64,000 nucleotides of DNA from Alphaproteobacteria bacterium. Lineage in GTDB: Bacteria > Pseudomonadota > Alphaproteobacteria > GCA-2731375. Numbering within the stretch: the stretch's first letter is position 1; every line of letters begins with the position of its first letter. A program made the translations under genes and the position numbers. The notes under the pieces are model-generated. The model had not been told where the DNA came from, did no database searches, and saw only the letters and a list, made by a program, of their open reading frames with translations. The DNA is taken from NCBI GenBank assembly GCA_965225945.1, contig CBDDBZ010000034.1, positions 96,001-160,000 of the forward strand, written 5' to 3'. Below, one piece after another: positions 30,874-43,086 of the stretch.

Positions 30874-32172
30874 ATGAGCAGCGCGGGAGACGACTATAAG
30901 GTCGCCGATATTGGCCTGGCCGACTGGGGCCGCCGCGAGATCGCCATCGCCGAGACGGAAATGCCCGGGCTGATGGCCCTTCGCGAAGAGCACGGCGCCT
31001 CGCGTCCGCTCGCCGGCGCGCGCATCATCGGCTGCCTCCACATGACGATTCAGACGGCGGTCCTGATCGAGACCCTGACCGCGCTCGGCGCCGAGGTGCG
31101 CTGGTCCTCCTGCAACGTGTTCTCGACCCAGGATCATGCCGCCGCCGCGATCGCCGCCAGCGGCGTGCCCATCTTCGCCTGGAAGGGCGAGACGGAGGAG
31201 GAATATTGGTGGTGCGTCGACCAGAGCATCGTCGGCGACCCCGACTGGCGGCCCAATTTGCTGCTCGACGACGGCGGCGACCTGACCGTGGTGATGCACG
31301 AGAAGTATCCCGAATTGATGGTCGACGTGCGCGGCCTCTCGGAGGAGACCACGACCGGCGTGCATCGGCTCTACGAGATGGCCAAGGCAGGCACCCTCCA
31401 GGTGCCGGCGATAAACGTCAACGACTCGGTCACCAAATCCAAGTTCGACAATCTCTACGGCTGCCGCGAGAGCCTGGTCGACGGGATCAAGCGGGCCACC
31501 GACGTCATGCTGGCCGGCAAGGTGGCGGTGATCTGCGGCTATGGCGACGTCGGCAAGGGCTGCGCCGCCAGCCTCGGGGGCCAGGGGGCTCGGGTGGTGG
31601 TGACCGAGATCGACCCGATCTGCGCGCTGCAGGCGGCGATGGAAGGCTATCAGGTGGCGACGATGGAGGAGATGGCCGCCGTCGGCGACGTCTTCGTCAC
31701 CGCCACCGGCAACCGGGACATCATCACCATCGACCACATGCGCCGGATGAAGGACCGCGCGATCGTCTGCAACATCGGCCATTTCGACGCCGAAATCGAC
31801 GTCGCCTCGTTGCGCAACCTCACCTGGCACAACGTCAAGCCGCAGGTCGACGAGATCGAGTTTCCCGACGGCAAGCGGTTGATCCTGCTGGCCGAGGGCC
31901 GGCTGGTCAACCTCGGCTGCGCCACCGGTCATCCGAGCTTCGTGATGAGCACCTCCTTCACCAACCAGGTGCTGGCGCAGCTCGAACTGTGGCGGCGCGG
32001 CGAGGATTACGATACCGACGTGCACACCTTGCCCAAGCACCTCGACGAAAAGGTCGCCCACCTCCATCTGCGAAAGCTCGGCGTGCAATTGACTGAGTTG
32101 ACCGCGGTCCAGGCCGAATACATCGGCGTTGCGCCCCAGGGTCCCTTCAAGCCGGAGCACTATCGCTACTAG
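30874..32172 (+). CDS. ahcY: Adenosylhomocysteinase
   Basis: [45 protein letters not shown]. Confidence 0.98.
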   Translation: MSSAGDDYKVADIGLADWGRREIAIAETEMPGLMALREEHGASRPLAGARIIGCLHMTIQTAVLIETLTALGAEVRWSSCNVFSTQDHAAAAIAASGVPIFAWKGETEEEYWWCVDQSIVGDPDWRPNLLLDDGGDLTVVMHEKYPELMVDVRGLSEETTTGVHRLYEMAKAGTLQVPAINVNDSVTKSKFDNLYGCRESLVDGIKRATDVMLAGKVAVICGYGDVGKGCAASLGGQGARVVVTEIDPICALQAAMEGYQVATMEEMAAVGDVFVTATGNRDIITIDHMRRMKDRAIVCNIGHFDAEIDVASLRNLTWHNVKPQVDEIEFPDGKRLILLAEGRLVNLGCATGHPSFVMSTSFTNQVLAQLELWRRGEDYDTDVHTLPKHLDEKVAHLHLRKLGVQLTELTAVQAEYIGVAPQGPFKPEHYRY

Positions 32173-32441
32173 AGCGCTCCGGGTTCGAAGCGAACCGCCG
32201 GGCCGCCCCGCTTTCCCTCCGGGCCACCCAGGAATGGTGCCCTCGCGGCTTGGAAAGGGCGCGAGGCGGTCGCGATTTATCTCGATCACCATAACCTCCG
32301 AGCCCGCGCCCGGCCCGTCGTCGCTGGCGGCGAGGTCGGCGGAACGCTTGTTAACCATCCCATTCGTTGCTTAGATCCCCCGGGTCCCCGTCGGCCGGGC
32401 GCAAGCGCGCGCTGTCGGCCGTGGGGTCGGAGAGGTTCGCC

Positions 32442-34874
32442 ATGACCATGCTCAGATCATCGACCGTCGCCGTCGGCTGCGTCTTGCTCGGTGCCTCGCC
32501 CGCGCTTGCCGCCTACGGGCCCTACGAAGCACCCGTGTTTTTCACCATGGCGACGGTGATGCTGCTGGGGCTGGCGGCGCCGCTATTGTGGTGGCACGGA
32601 CGGGTCTCGTTGCGCCGCGCCGTCGCCACCATCGAGACGCTCGGACGGCGGCTCGACGCCTGGCCCGACGGTGGCATTCGGCTTGAGGCGGACGGCGGTC
32701 GCGTCTACGGCCGTCTCGGCGCGGTGCTCGGCGACGACGATCCCGAAGCGAGGCCGAAGGCGCTTCATGAATTGCTGGCCCCGCTGTCGGACGCGGATCG
32801 CGAGGCGGTGCTGTCGGCCGTCGCCGCGTTGGACGGCGGCGAGGCGCCGCGCCTCACCGTCGAGACGGAGGAAGCCGATCGCTGTTACGATATCCTCGGC
32901 GTGACCGGCGGCGACGAGCGGATCCTCGCCTTCCGCGACGTCACCGCGTGCCATACCCGCGGCCGCGAGGCGGAAGCCCGCGCCGCGCGGGCCGAGGCCG
33001 AGGCCCGTCGCATCGGCGAGATCGTCGAGGTGGTGGCGATACCGCTCTGGCGGCGCGACGCCGAGCAACGGATCCAGTGGTGCAACAGGGAATACGCGCG
33101 GGTCGTCGGCGTCGAGGCCGAGGAGATCTCGCGGCGGAGTGGTGTCGAGATCGAACCTTCGATCATGGCCGGCGATGCCATCCGGCTCGCCCAGGGCGCG
33201 CTCGCGCGCGGGGAGGCGGCGATCGCGGAGCGACATTTCGTCGTCGGCGAACAGCGCCGCGTGTTCGAGATCACGGAAAGCATCGATCATTCCGGCACTG
33301 GCACGATCGGCTGCGCGGTCGACGTGACGGATCGCCATGAGATTCGCGTCGACCATCGTCGTTTCGTCGAGGCCACCAGCGACGTTCTCAACAACCTCAA
33401 CTCCGCCATCTCCATATTTGGCGCGGATCGGAGATTGGCGTTCTTCAACGACGCGTACGCCCTGCTCTGGCAGCTCGACGTCGAGTGGCTGTCCGCCGCT
33501 CCGAGCCACGCCGAACTGCTGGATGCGATCCTCGAACGCAGGCTCCTGCCCGAGCAGGCCGATTTCCCCGCCTATAAGGCACGGGTCATGGCGCTCTACA
33601 CCAATCTGCTGGGCACGTCGGAGGAGTTCGACTATCTGCCGGACGGCAGGACGCTCCGCTCGCTCACGGCGCCCTATCCCCTGGGTGGCTTGCTGTTGGT
33701 CCACGAGGACGTGACCGATCGCCTGCGGCTCGAACGCTCCTACAACACCCTGATCGCGGTGCAGCGGGAGACGCTCGACAATCTGCATGAAAGCGTCGCC
33801 GTCTTCGGTAGCGACAGCCGATTGAAACTCTATAACCCCCAGTTTTCCGAAATGTGGCGCCTGACGGAGCGAAATCTCGGCGGAGAGCCCCACATCAGCG
33901 AAATCATCGAGGCGGCGATCGAAGCCTTCGGGCGCCCGAGCGAATGGATCGAGCAGTTGCCGCGTTTCGCCGATCTCATCGCCGAACAGCGGGCCGTCAG
34001 CCGGCGCATGGAGCGCCCCGACGGCAGCGTCATCGACTTCACCACGATGCCGCTGCCCGACGGCAACCTGTTGGTGACCTATCTCGACGTCACCGACGGG
34101 GTACGCATCGAACGTGCGCTCAGGGAGCGTAACGAGGCCCTGCAAACGGCGGATCGCCTGAAGACCGAGTTCATCGCCAACATGTCATACGAGCTGCGTT
34201 CGCCGCTCAACGTGATCCTCGGCTTCGTCGAGATCCTGGACCAGGAATACTTCGGCCAACTCAACGAAAAGCAGAGAGAATACTGCGCCGGAATCATCGA
34301 GTCCTCGCATCGTCTGCTGGCCCTGGTGAACGATATCCTCGATCTCGCCAGCGTCGAGGCAGGACAACTCGAGCTCGACCTCTCCACCTTCGATGTCGCC
34401 ACCCTGTTGGCGGGGGTCATCGATCTGACCCGCGAACACGCCCGCTCGCGCGGCATCGTCCTGGAGCTGGAATGCCTGCCCGAACTCGGCGAAATCACCG
34501 GTGATGCCCGCCGCCTTCGTCAGGTGATGATGAACCTGTTGAGCAATGCGTTCCAATACAGCCATCAGGGCAGTCGGGTCGTCGTCCTCGCCGGGCGCGC
34601 GGAAGACGGCGTCGCCATCACCGTCGTCGACGAGGGCATCGGCATCGAGGCCGAGCACCAGAATTGCGTTTTCGAGCGCTTCGACAGGGGCGGGCGGACG
34701 CGGAGCGGCTACGGCGCCGGATTGGGATTGGCCTTGGTGAAGAGCTTCGTCGAGCTGCACGGCGGCCTGGTCGCATTGGAGAGCGACGTCGACATCGGAA
34801 CCAAAGTGACGGTCTCGCTGCCCTCGGTGCCCCGGACCGAGACGCCGGAGGACGAGGTTCGCTTGGAGGCCTGA
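32442..34874 (+). CDS. divL: PAS-domain sensor pseudokinase DivL-like (Tyr at the phospho-His position)
   Basis: Multiple PAS-like segments, H-box reads ANMSYELRSPL; directly downstream of ahcY. Confidence 0.75.
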   Translation: MTMLRSSTVAVGCVLLGASPALAAYGPYEAPVFFTMATVMLLGLAAPLLWWHGRVSLRRAVATIETLGRRLDAWPDGGIRLEADGGRVYGRLGAVLGDDDPEARPKALHELLAPLSDADREAVLSAVAALDGGEAPRLTVETEEADRCYDILGVTGGDERILAFRDVTACHTRGREAEARAARAEAEARRIGEIVEVVAIPLWRRDAEQRIQWCNREYARVVGVEAEEISRRSGVEIEPSIMAGDAIRLAQGALARGEAAIAERHFVVGEQRRVFEITESIDHSGTGTIGCAVDVTDRHEIRVDHRRFVEATSDVLNNLNSAISIFGADRRLAFFNDAYALLWQLDVEWLSAAPSHAELLDAILERRLLPEQADFPAYKARVMALYTNLLGTSEEFDYLPDGRTLRSLTAPYPLGGLLLVHEDVTDRLRLERSYNTLIAVQRETLDNLHESVAVFGSDSRLKLYNPQFSEMWRLTERNLGGEPHISEIIEAAIEAFGRPSEWIEQLPRFADLIAEQRAVSRRMERPDGSVIDFTTMPLPDGNLLVTYLDVTDGVRIERALRERNEALQTADRLKTEFIANMSYELRSPLNVILGFVEILDQEYFGQLNEKQREYCAGIIESSHRLLALVNDILDLASVEAGQLELDLSTFDVATLLAGVIDLTREHARSRGIVLELECLPELGEITGDARRLRQVMMNLLSNAFQYSHQGSRVVVLAGRAEDGVAITVVDEGIGIEAEHQNCVFERFDRGGRTRSGYGAGLGLALVKSFVELHGGLVALESDVDIGTKVTVSLPSVPRTETPEDEVRLEA

Positions 34875-35046
34875 AAGTCCGGTCGGAACCGTTGTACGCT
34901 TCGCTCGGAATAGGCCGACGGAGATAATTCGCCGATCTCGCCATGACCCGACCGTTTGGCGCACGAGCGTAACGGCGGGACAGGGGACGGCTTTCTCGCG
35001 ATCGCCCTTCCGCGCGAGCGGCCGATGGTGGTAAAAGCCCGCCACC

Positions 35047-36846
<1,800 letters not shown>

Positions 36847-36978
36847 TACCAAGCGCCATAAATGGCGATGCCCCGACCGCCATCAAGATCGCCAACCGCC
36901 GCCGCCTGTGGACCGCTTGCGTGAGAATTTTCAGGCGATGACGGCGGCGGCGAGATATTCCATGGTCGCGCCCCCCGC

Positions 36979-38038
36979 CTACGGCTTCAGCACCACGCGT
37001 CCCAGCACGTTGCCCGCCGTCAGGTCGTCCAGCGCGCTGTTGACGGCCTCCAGCGGCCGGGCCTCGATCGGGATCGGCGATACCCGGCCGGCCGGCCTTC
37101 ACCAGCTCCATCAACTCGCGCATCTCGTTCAGGTTGCCGACGTAGGAGCCGATCATGGAGAGCATCTTCAGCGGGAAGAAGGGCAGCGGGACTTGGCTTT
37201 TATCGCCGTAGAGCCCGACCTGGACCTGCCGCCCGCCCTTCCTGAGGCACTCGACGCCGAAGCGCGAGGTCTCCGGCCGGCCGACGAAATCGATCGTCGC
37301 GGCGGCCCCGCCACCGGTCATTTCCAGCACCTTTTGAATCGCGTCGGGCTCGCTGTTGTCGATGGTCTCGTGGGCGCCGACCTGGCGCGCGGCGGCCCGC
37401 TTGGTGCCGTCGACATCGGCGCAGATCACCTTGGCCGGGGTCACGGCGGAGGCGAAGTGCACGGCGCTCAAGCCGACCCCGCCGGCGCCGATCGTCATCA
37501 GATAGTCGTCCGCGCCCAAGTCGCCGATCTTGCGCAGCGCGCTGTAGGCGGTCAGGCCCGAACAGGCATAGGTGCAGGCGAGGTTCTGCTCGATCCCGGT
37601 GTAGTCGATCAGATACTTGGCGTCCGGCACGATCACATAGTCGGCATAGCCGCCGTCGACCCGGGTGCCGATGACCCTGGGGGTGGCGCAGAGCAACTCG
37701 GTCTCGGCATCCTGGCAGTGCACGCAATTGCCACAGCCGATCCAGGGATAGACGATGTAGGAGGCGCCGAGTTCCACGCCCTCGGCCTCCGGGCCCAGCT
37801 TCTCGACCGTGCCCAGCGGCTCGTGCCCCATGGTGAAGGGCGGGTGCACGCCGCGATCCTCGACCCGGATAAATTCGCCGTCGCCCAGATCGAAGCCGCC
37901 GGACCAGATGTGCAGGTCGGAGTGGCAGACGCCGCAGGCGGTGACCCGGACCAGCACCTCCTTGCCCACGGGCTCCGGCGTCGGAAACTCGCGCAGCTCC
38001 AACGGCTTGCCCCATTCAATGACTTGCATGGCGCGCAT
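36979..38038 (-). pseudogene. Zn-dependent alcohol dehydrogenase with a C-terminal frameshift
   Basis: CGVCHSDLH, GHE, CGNCVHC, GAGGVG; an extra GGCC at about 37086-37097 shifts the frame; native tail VSPIPIEARPLEAVNSALDDLTAGNVLGRVVLKP ends at 36979. Confidence 0.75.
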
Positions 38039-38142
38039 GGTCCCGTCCTCCCGCTCGACTCGGATAATCACGAGCCGGCATCATAGCCGCGTCGATGCTC
38101 GGGCGTCACCCCGTTACGCGCGGCCCGCGAGCGGGCTCGGGC

Positions 38143-38475
38143 TCAGCCGCCGGGAGGTGTGTAGTCGCCCGCCTTCTCCGCCGCCCGCGCGAAGATCGGG
38201 ACCGCGTCGGCGGCGCGAATCAGAGGCGTCGTCTTCAGCCCCGAGACCGCGCCGCTGCCGGCCACCGACAGCAGGATCGCCATCGCCGTCTCGGTGTCGG
38301 GCGCCTCGATGATCGCCATCACGTCGTGCTCGCCCATGGTGAAGAAATAGTCGTGCAGCTTGCCGCCGTGCGCCTCGCAGAGCTTGCCGACCGCCGCCGA
38401 GCGGTCCTGTGGATTGGCCAGCAGCGCCCGCCAGGCCTCCGCGCCGATGCGCGCCTGGGTCATGAACATCGCCAT
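38143..38475 (-). CDS. GYD-domain protein
   Basis: NPQDRSAAV...GGKLHDYFFTMGEHDV...KTTPL. Confidence 0.75.
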   Translation of the reverse strand: MAMFMTQARIGAEAWRALLANPQDRSAAVGKLCEAHGGKLHDYFFTMGEHDVMAIIEAPDTETAMAILLSVAGSGAVSGLKTTPLIRAADAVPIFARAAEKAGDYTPPGG

Positions 38476-38561
38476 TGGTTTTCCTCCCTTTGCTTGCCGC
38501 AGCGAAGCCGGAAGGATAGCGCCCCGGCGGCGGCGGCGCTAGGGCGACGCCGGAAGCCACC

Positions 38562-38963
38562 GTGAGAGCCTATTTCCGCGCCATGCGCGCGCGCAACGAC
38601 AATCCGAACCTGGCGCTCTATTCCCGGGCGAGCCGCGCCATGCTGGCCCACTGGACGGTGACGCCGGCACAGATGGACAACATCGCCAAGACCTACCGCG
38701 GCTGTGGCGCGGAGCCCGCGCGCATCGCGCCCTCGGGCGATCTCGCCGTGGTCCGCTACCCACCGGCGGCGCGGGCCTGCGCGCCCTGGTTCCTGGTCCG
38801 CGAGGGCGGCCTCTGGCGGCTCGACCTGACGATGATGCAGGGCGCGCTCCGCTTCGGCCGGACGAACGCCTGGCGGCTCGACCCCGGCGCCTCGCACCCC
38901 TATGGCTTCGCCTTCGCCGACTGGCGCTTCGACCGCCACGGCTTCCCCAGGGTGGCGAAATAG
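38562..38963 (+). CDS. Hypothetical protein, possibly a C-terminal remnant
   Basis: GC3-biased ORF lacking an obvious RBS; PWFLVREGGLWRLD, HPYGFAF. Confidence 0.4.
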   Translation: MRAYFRAMRARNDNPNLALYSRASRAMLAHWTVTPAQMDNIAKTYRGCGAEPARIAPSGDLAVVRYPPAARACAPWFLVREGGLWRLDLTMMQGALRFGRTNAWRLDPGASHPYGFAFADWRFDRHGFPRVAK

Positions 38964-39102
38964 CGCGCCCGCTTGGGCCGCCGATCAGCCGAACGAGGCG
39001 GAGAAGGTTTGGCGGGCGTTTGGGGGTGAGGGTGCCAGACTAGCGCTCCCCCCTCGCTGCCGCTATCTTTCGGCGCGATCGAGGCGCGGGGAGAGGGGCG
39101 GC

Positions 39103-39612
39103 GTGGGCGACGGGGGCGGCAAGGTCTCTTACAGGCCGACGGTGCACGCGGTGGGGCTGGCCGTGGCGCTGGCCGTCGTCTGGTTGCTACTCTCGAGCCA
39201 CGACGAGGCGCTGATCCTGGGCTTCGGCCTCGCCTCGGTGGCACTCTGCGTCACGATCGCCATGCGGATGGACCTGGTCGACCACGAGGGCGCGCCGATC
39301 CATCTGACTTTGCGCTTCGTCGCCTACCTGCCGTGGCTGGCCCGCGAGGTGGTCAAGGCCAACATCGACGTCGCTGGCCGTGTGATCCAGCCCGTCCCCG
39401 ATATCAGCCCCGAGCTGTTCGACGCGCCGGCGAGCCAGCGGACGGATCTCGGCCAGGTAATCTACGCCAACTCCATCACGCTGACGCCGGGCACCGTCTC
39501 GGTCGATCTCGATCCGGGCGTGATCCGGGTCCATGCCTTGAGCCGCGAGGGCGCCGACGGGCTGCGGGAGGGGGAGATGGACCGCCGCGCCCGCGCCGTC
39601 GAGGGCAACTAG
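39103..39612 (+). CDS. mnhE: Mrp/Mnh Na+/H+ antiporter subunit E
   Basis: EVVKANIDVA, YANSITLTPGT, VHAL. Confidence 0.9.
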   Translation: MGDGGGKVSYRPTVHAVGLAVALAVVWLLLSSHDEALILGFGLASVALCVTIAMRMDLVDHEGAPIHLTLRFVAYLPWLAREVVKANIDVAGRVIQPVPDISPELFDAPASQRTDLGQVIYANSITLTPGTVSVDLDPGVIRVHALSREGADGLREGEMDRRARAVEGN

Positions 39613-39629
39613 TCGACACGGGTCAGCAC

Positions 39630-39929
39630 ATGTTCCTCCTCGCCACCATCGCCATCCTGATCGCCATGGCGCTCGCCTTGGCCCGAGCCTGCCTCGGGCC
39701 GACGATCTTCGACCGCATCCTGGCGGTGAACAGCTTCGGCACCAAGACCGTGCTGCTGGTCGCCGCGCTCGGTTTCTTGATGGGCCGGCCCGACTTCCTC
39801 GATATCGCCCTGGTCTACGCGCTGATCAACTTCATCGGCACGGTGGCGGCGCTGAAATACGTGAAATACGGCGATTTGGCGCTGCTGAGCAAGGATCCGG
39901 CGCGTTCCCGTGAGGAGGGCCGAGGATGA
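39630..39929 (+). CDS. mnhF: Mrp/Mnh antiporter subunit F
   Basis: GPTIFDRILA, DIALVYALINF. Confidence 0.9.
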   Translation: MFLLATIAILIAMALALARACLGPTIFDRILAVNSFGTKTVLLVAALGFLMGRPDFLDIALVYALINFIGTVAALKYVKYGDLALLSKDPARSREEGRG

Positions 39930-40249
39930 GCCTGCTGGTCGAGGGCTCGAGCTGGATCCTGATTGTCGCCGGCGCCCTCTTCGTCGTCATCGGCGCAGTC
40001 GGCCTGGTCCGCCTGCCCGACTTTTACACCCGGCTGCACCCCGCGGGCGTCACCGATACTCTCGGCGCCGGGCTGCTGCTGGCCGGCATGGCGCTACAGG
40101 CGGGCTGGAGCCTGGTGGCAGTGAAGCTGGGGTTGATCTTCCTCTTCCTGATGCTGACCAGCCCGACCGCGAGCCACGCCACCGCGCGGGCGGCGCTGGC
40201 GGCCGACTTGGCGCCCTGGCTCGGCCCGCGTGAGGATGAGGGAGGCTAG
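39926..40249 (+). CDS. mnhG: Mrp/Mnh antiporter subunit G
   Basis: GLVRLPDFYTRLH, TSPTASHA. Confidence 0.9.
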   Translation: MSLLVEGSSWILIVAGALFVVIGAVGLVRLPDFYTRLHPAGVTDTLGAGLLLAGMALQAGWSLVAVKLGLIFLFLMLTSPTASHATARAALAADLAPWLGPREDEGG

Positions 40250-40251
40250 AA

Positions 40252-40827
40252 ATCGAGACCTTCGTCAACATCGTCCTGCTGGCCTTCCTCGGCGTCACCG
40301 CGATCGCCATCCTGAGGCTCCGCGACCTCTTCGCGGTGGTGATGCTGTCGGGCATCTACAGCCTGCTGTCGGCCTCGATCTTCGTGGTGCTGGACGCGGT
40401 CGATGTCGCCTTCACCGAGGCCGCGGTCGGCGCCGGCATCACCACGGTGCTGATGCTGGGCACGCTGGCGCTGACCCGCGGCCGCGAGAAGATCCCGGTA
40501 CACACGCCCCTGCTGCCGCTGGCGGTGGTGGCAATCACCGGCGCGGTGCTGATCTACGGCACCGCCGACATGCCGGCGTTCGGCGATCCCCAAGCGCCGG
40601 CGCAGCAGCACGTTGCGCCCAGATACCTGAGCGAATCGCCGAGGGAGACCGGCATTCCCAACGTCGTGACCTCGGTGCTGGCGAGCTACCGGGGCTACGA
40701 CACGCTGGGCGAGACGGTGGTGATCTTCACCGCCGGCGTCGCGGTGCTGATGCTCTTGGGCGGCGTCCGCCGCCGTCGCCGGCCGGAGGACGAGGGTGAA
40801 GGTGAAGGCGGGGGGCAAGCGCCATGA
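40252..40827 (+). CDS. Mrp antiporter DUF4040/MnhB-related subunit (stand-alone MrpA C-terminal module)
   Basis: DAVDVAFTEAAVGAG, PNVVTSVLASYRGYDTLGE; frame is open from ATC at 40252 behind GGAGG. Confidence 0.82.
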   Translation: METFVNIVLLAFLGVTAIAILRLRDLFAVVMLSGIYSLLSASIFVVLDAVDVAFTEAAVGAGITTVLMLGTLALTRGREKIPVHTPLLPLAVVAITGAVLIYGTADMPAFGDPQAPAQQHVAPRYLSESPRETGIPNVVTSVLASYRGYDTLGETVVIFTAGVAVLMLLGGVRRRRRPEDEGEGEGGGQAP

Positions 40828-41258
40828 GGCATCACCGGGTGCTGCGCATAGTCACCAAGCTGTTGATCCCCTTCATCCTGCTGTTCGCGCTCTATGTCCA
40901 GTTCCACGGCGACTTCGGACCGGGCGGCGGCTTCCAGGCGGGGGTGATCTTCGGCGCCGCCTTCATCCTCCATGCGCTGGTCTTCGGGCTGGAGAGCACC
41001 AGGCGGGTCGCCCCCCCGGCGCTGGTGATCCGGCTGATGGCGCTCGGCGTCGTGCTTTACGCCGGCGTCGGCCTGGTCGCCTTGCCGCTCGGCGGCAACT
41101 ATCTCGACTATAACGTGCTGGCGGGCGAGCCGGCGGCCGGCCAGCATCTCGGCATCCTGCTGGTCGAGCTCGGCGTCGGCATCACCGTCGCTGCGACCAT
41201 GATCACGATCTTCTTCCTCTTCGCCGGCCGCTCGGGCGAGCGGGAGGCTGAGGAATGA
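40824..41258 (+). CDS. mnhB: Mrp/Mnh antiporter subunit B
   Basis: HGDFGPGGGFQAG, ELGVGITV. Confidence 0.9.
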   Translation: MRHHRVLRIVTKLLIPFILLFALYVQFHGDFGPGGGFQAGVIFGAAFILHALVFGLESTRRVAPPALVIRLMALGVVLYAGVGLVALPLGGNYLDYNVLAGEPAAGQHLGILLVELGVGITVAATMITIFFLFAGRSGEREAEE

Positions 41259-41608
41259 ATTTCCTCGCGCACTACAACTATTGGATCGTCATCCTGTTGA
41301 TGATGATCGGCCTCTATATCGTCGTCAGCCGCGGCAACCTGGTCAAGAAGATCGTCGGCCTCAACGTCTTCCAGACCTCGGTCTTCGTGCTCTACATCTC
41401 GATCGGCAAGGTCGAGGGCGGCACCGCGCCGATCATCGAGGCGGCCTATACCACCTACTCGAACCCGCTCCCCCATGTCCTGATCCTGACCGCCATCGTC
41501 GTCGGGGTCGCCACCTCGGCGCTCGGCCTGGCGCTCGTGGTCCGGATCCGCGAGGCCTACGGCACGATCGAGGAGGACGAGATCGACCACCGGGACGACG
41601 ACGGGTGA
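41255..41608 (+). CDS. mnhC: Mrp/Mnh antiporter subunit C
   Basis: NPLPHVLILTAIVVG. Confidence 0.92.
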   Translation: MNFLAHYNYWIVILLMMIGLYIVVSRGNLVKKIVGLNVFQTSVFVLYISIGKVEGGTAPIIEAAYTTYSNPLPHVLILTAIVVGVATSALGLALVVRIREAYGTIEEDEIDHRDDDG

Positions 41609-43086
41609 TCGTCCCCCACTTGCCGGCATTGCAGGTTGTGCTGCCGCTGATCGCGGCGCCGATTTGCGTGCTCCTCGGCAACGCCCGGCTGGCTTGGGGC
41701 CTCGCAGTGGCGGTGAGCTGGGCGGCGCTGGCGATCTCCATCGCGCTACTGGTCCAAACGCTCGAAGGCGGCGATATCTCCTATCTCCTGGGCTCCTGGC
41801 CCGCGCCCTGGGGGATCGAGTACAGAATCGACGTGCTGAACTCACTTGTGCTGCTGCTGGTCAGCGGCACGGCCGCGGTGGTGCTGCCCTTCGCCAGGCG
41901 CAGCGCGGCAATCGAGATCGCGCCGCACCTGCAGCACTACTTCTACTGCATGATGCTGCTGTGCCTGGCGGGACTCTTGGGCATCGCGATCACCGGCGAT
42001 GCCTTCAACGTCTTCGTCTTCCTGGAGATCAGCTCGCTCTCGACCTACGCGCTGGTCGCGATGGGGCGGAATCGCAAGGCGCTGACCGCCGCGTTTCAGT
42101 ATCTGGTGATGGGGACGATCGGGGCGACCTTCTTCCTGATCGGCGTCGGCCTGCTGTACATGATGACCGGCACCCTCAACATGGCGGACCTGAGCGTCCG
42201 GCTGGAGCCCTTGCACCAGACCCGCCCGGTGCTCGCGGCCTATGCCTTCATCGTCGTCGGCATGGCCTTGAAGCTGGCGCTGTTTCCCCTCCATCTCTGG
42301 CTCCCCAACGCCTATACCTACGCGCCCAGCGTGGTCAGCGCCTTCCTCGCGGCGACGGCGACGAAGGTTGCGATCTACGTCCTGCTGCGCTTCACCTTCA
42401 CCATCTTCGGCGCCGATTTCGCCTTCGGCGTCCAGCCGATGAGCCTGATGCTCTTCGTGCCCGCCCTGCTCGCCATCTTCGCCGGCTCCCTCGTCGCGAT
42501 CTTCCAGGAGAACACGAAGCGCCTGCTGGCCTATTCCTCCGTCGCGCAGATCGGCTACATCGTGCTCGCCATCGCGCTGGCGACGGCGGCGGGCCTCGAA
42601 GCCGGCCTGGTGCACCTGTTCAACCACGCGGTTATGAAGGGGGCGCTGTTTTTGGCGCTGGGCTGCGTGTTTTATCGGATCGGCTCGGTCGCGCTGGCCG
42701 ACATGGCCGGCTTGGGCAAGGAGATGCCGTTCACCATGGCGGCCTTCGTGATGGCGGGCTTGAGCCTGATCGGCGTGCCGCTGACCGCCGGCTTCATCTC
42801 CAAGTGGCTGCTGCTGCAAGCGGTCCTCGACCTCGGGTTGTGGTGGCTGGCGCTTCTGATCCTGCTCTCCAGCCTGCTGGCGATCATCTATATCTGGCGG
42901 GTGATCGAGGTCGCCTATTTCCAGCCGGCGCCCCCGCGCCGCGTCGCCGCGCGCGAGGCACCGCTCTCGCTGCTGCTGCCGACCTGGACGCTGGCGCTCG
43001 CCAACCTCTATTTCGGCATCGAGACCTCGCTGCCGATCGGCCTTGCGCGACGGGCGGCAGCCACGCTGGTCGGAGCTTCGTCGTGA
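41605..43086 (+). CDS. mnhD: Mrp/Mnh antiporter subunit D family protein (1)
   Basis: GDAFNVFVFLEI, KLALFPLHLWLP, KRLLAYSS. Confidence 0.9.
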   Translation: MIVPHLPALQVVLPLIAAPICVLLGNARLAWGLAVAVSWAALAISIALLVQTLEGGDISYLLGSWPAPWGIEYRIDVLNSLVLLLVSGTAAVVLPFARRSAAIEIAPHLQHYFYCMMLLCLAGLLGIAITGDAFNVFVFLEISSLSTYALVAMGRNRKALTAAFQYLVMGTIGATFFLIGVGLLYMMTGTLNMADLSVRLEPLHQTRPVLAAYAFIVVGMALKLALFPLHLWLPNAYTYAPSVVSAFLAATATKVAIYVLLRFTFTIFGADFAFGVQPMSLMLFVPALLAIFAGSLVAIFQENTKRLLAYSSVAQIGYIVLAIALATAAGLEAGLVHLFNHAVMKGALFLALGCVFYRIGSVALADMAGLGKEMPFTMAAFVMAGLSLIGVPLTAGFISKWLLLQAVLDLGLWWLALLILLSSLLAIIYIWRVIEVAYFQPAPPRRVAAREAPLSLLLPTWTLALANLYFGIETSLPIGLARRAAATLVGASS

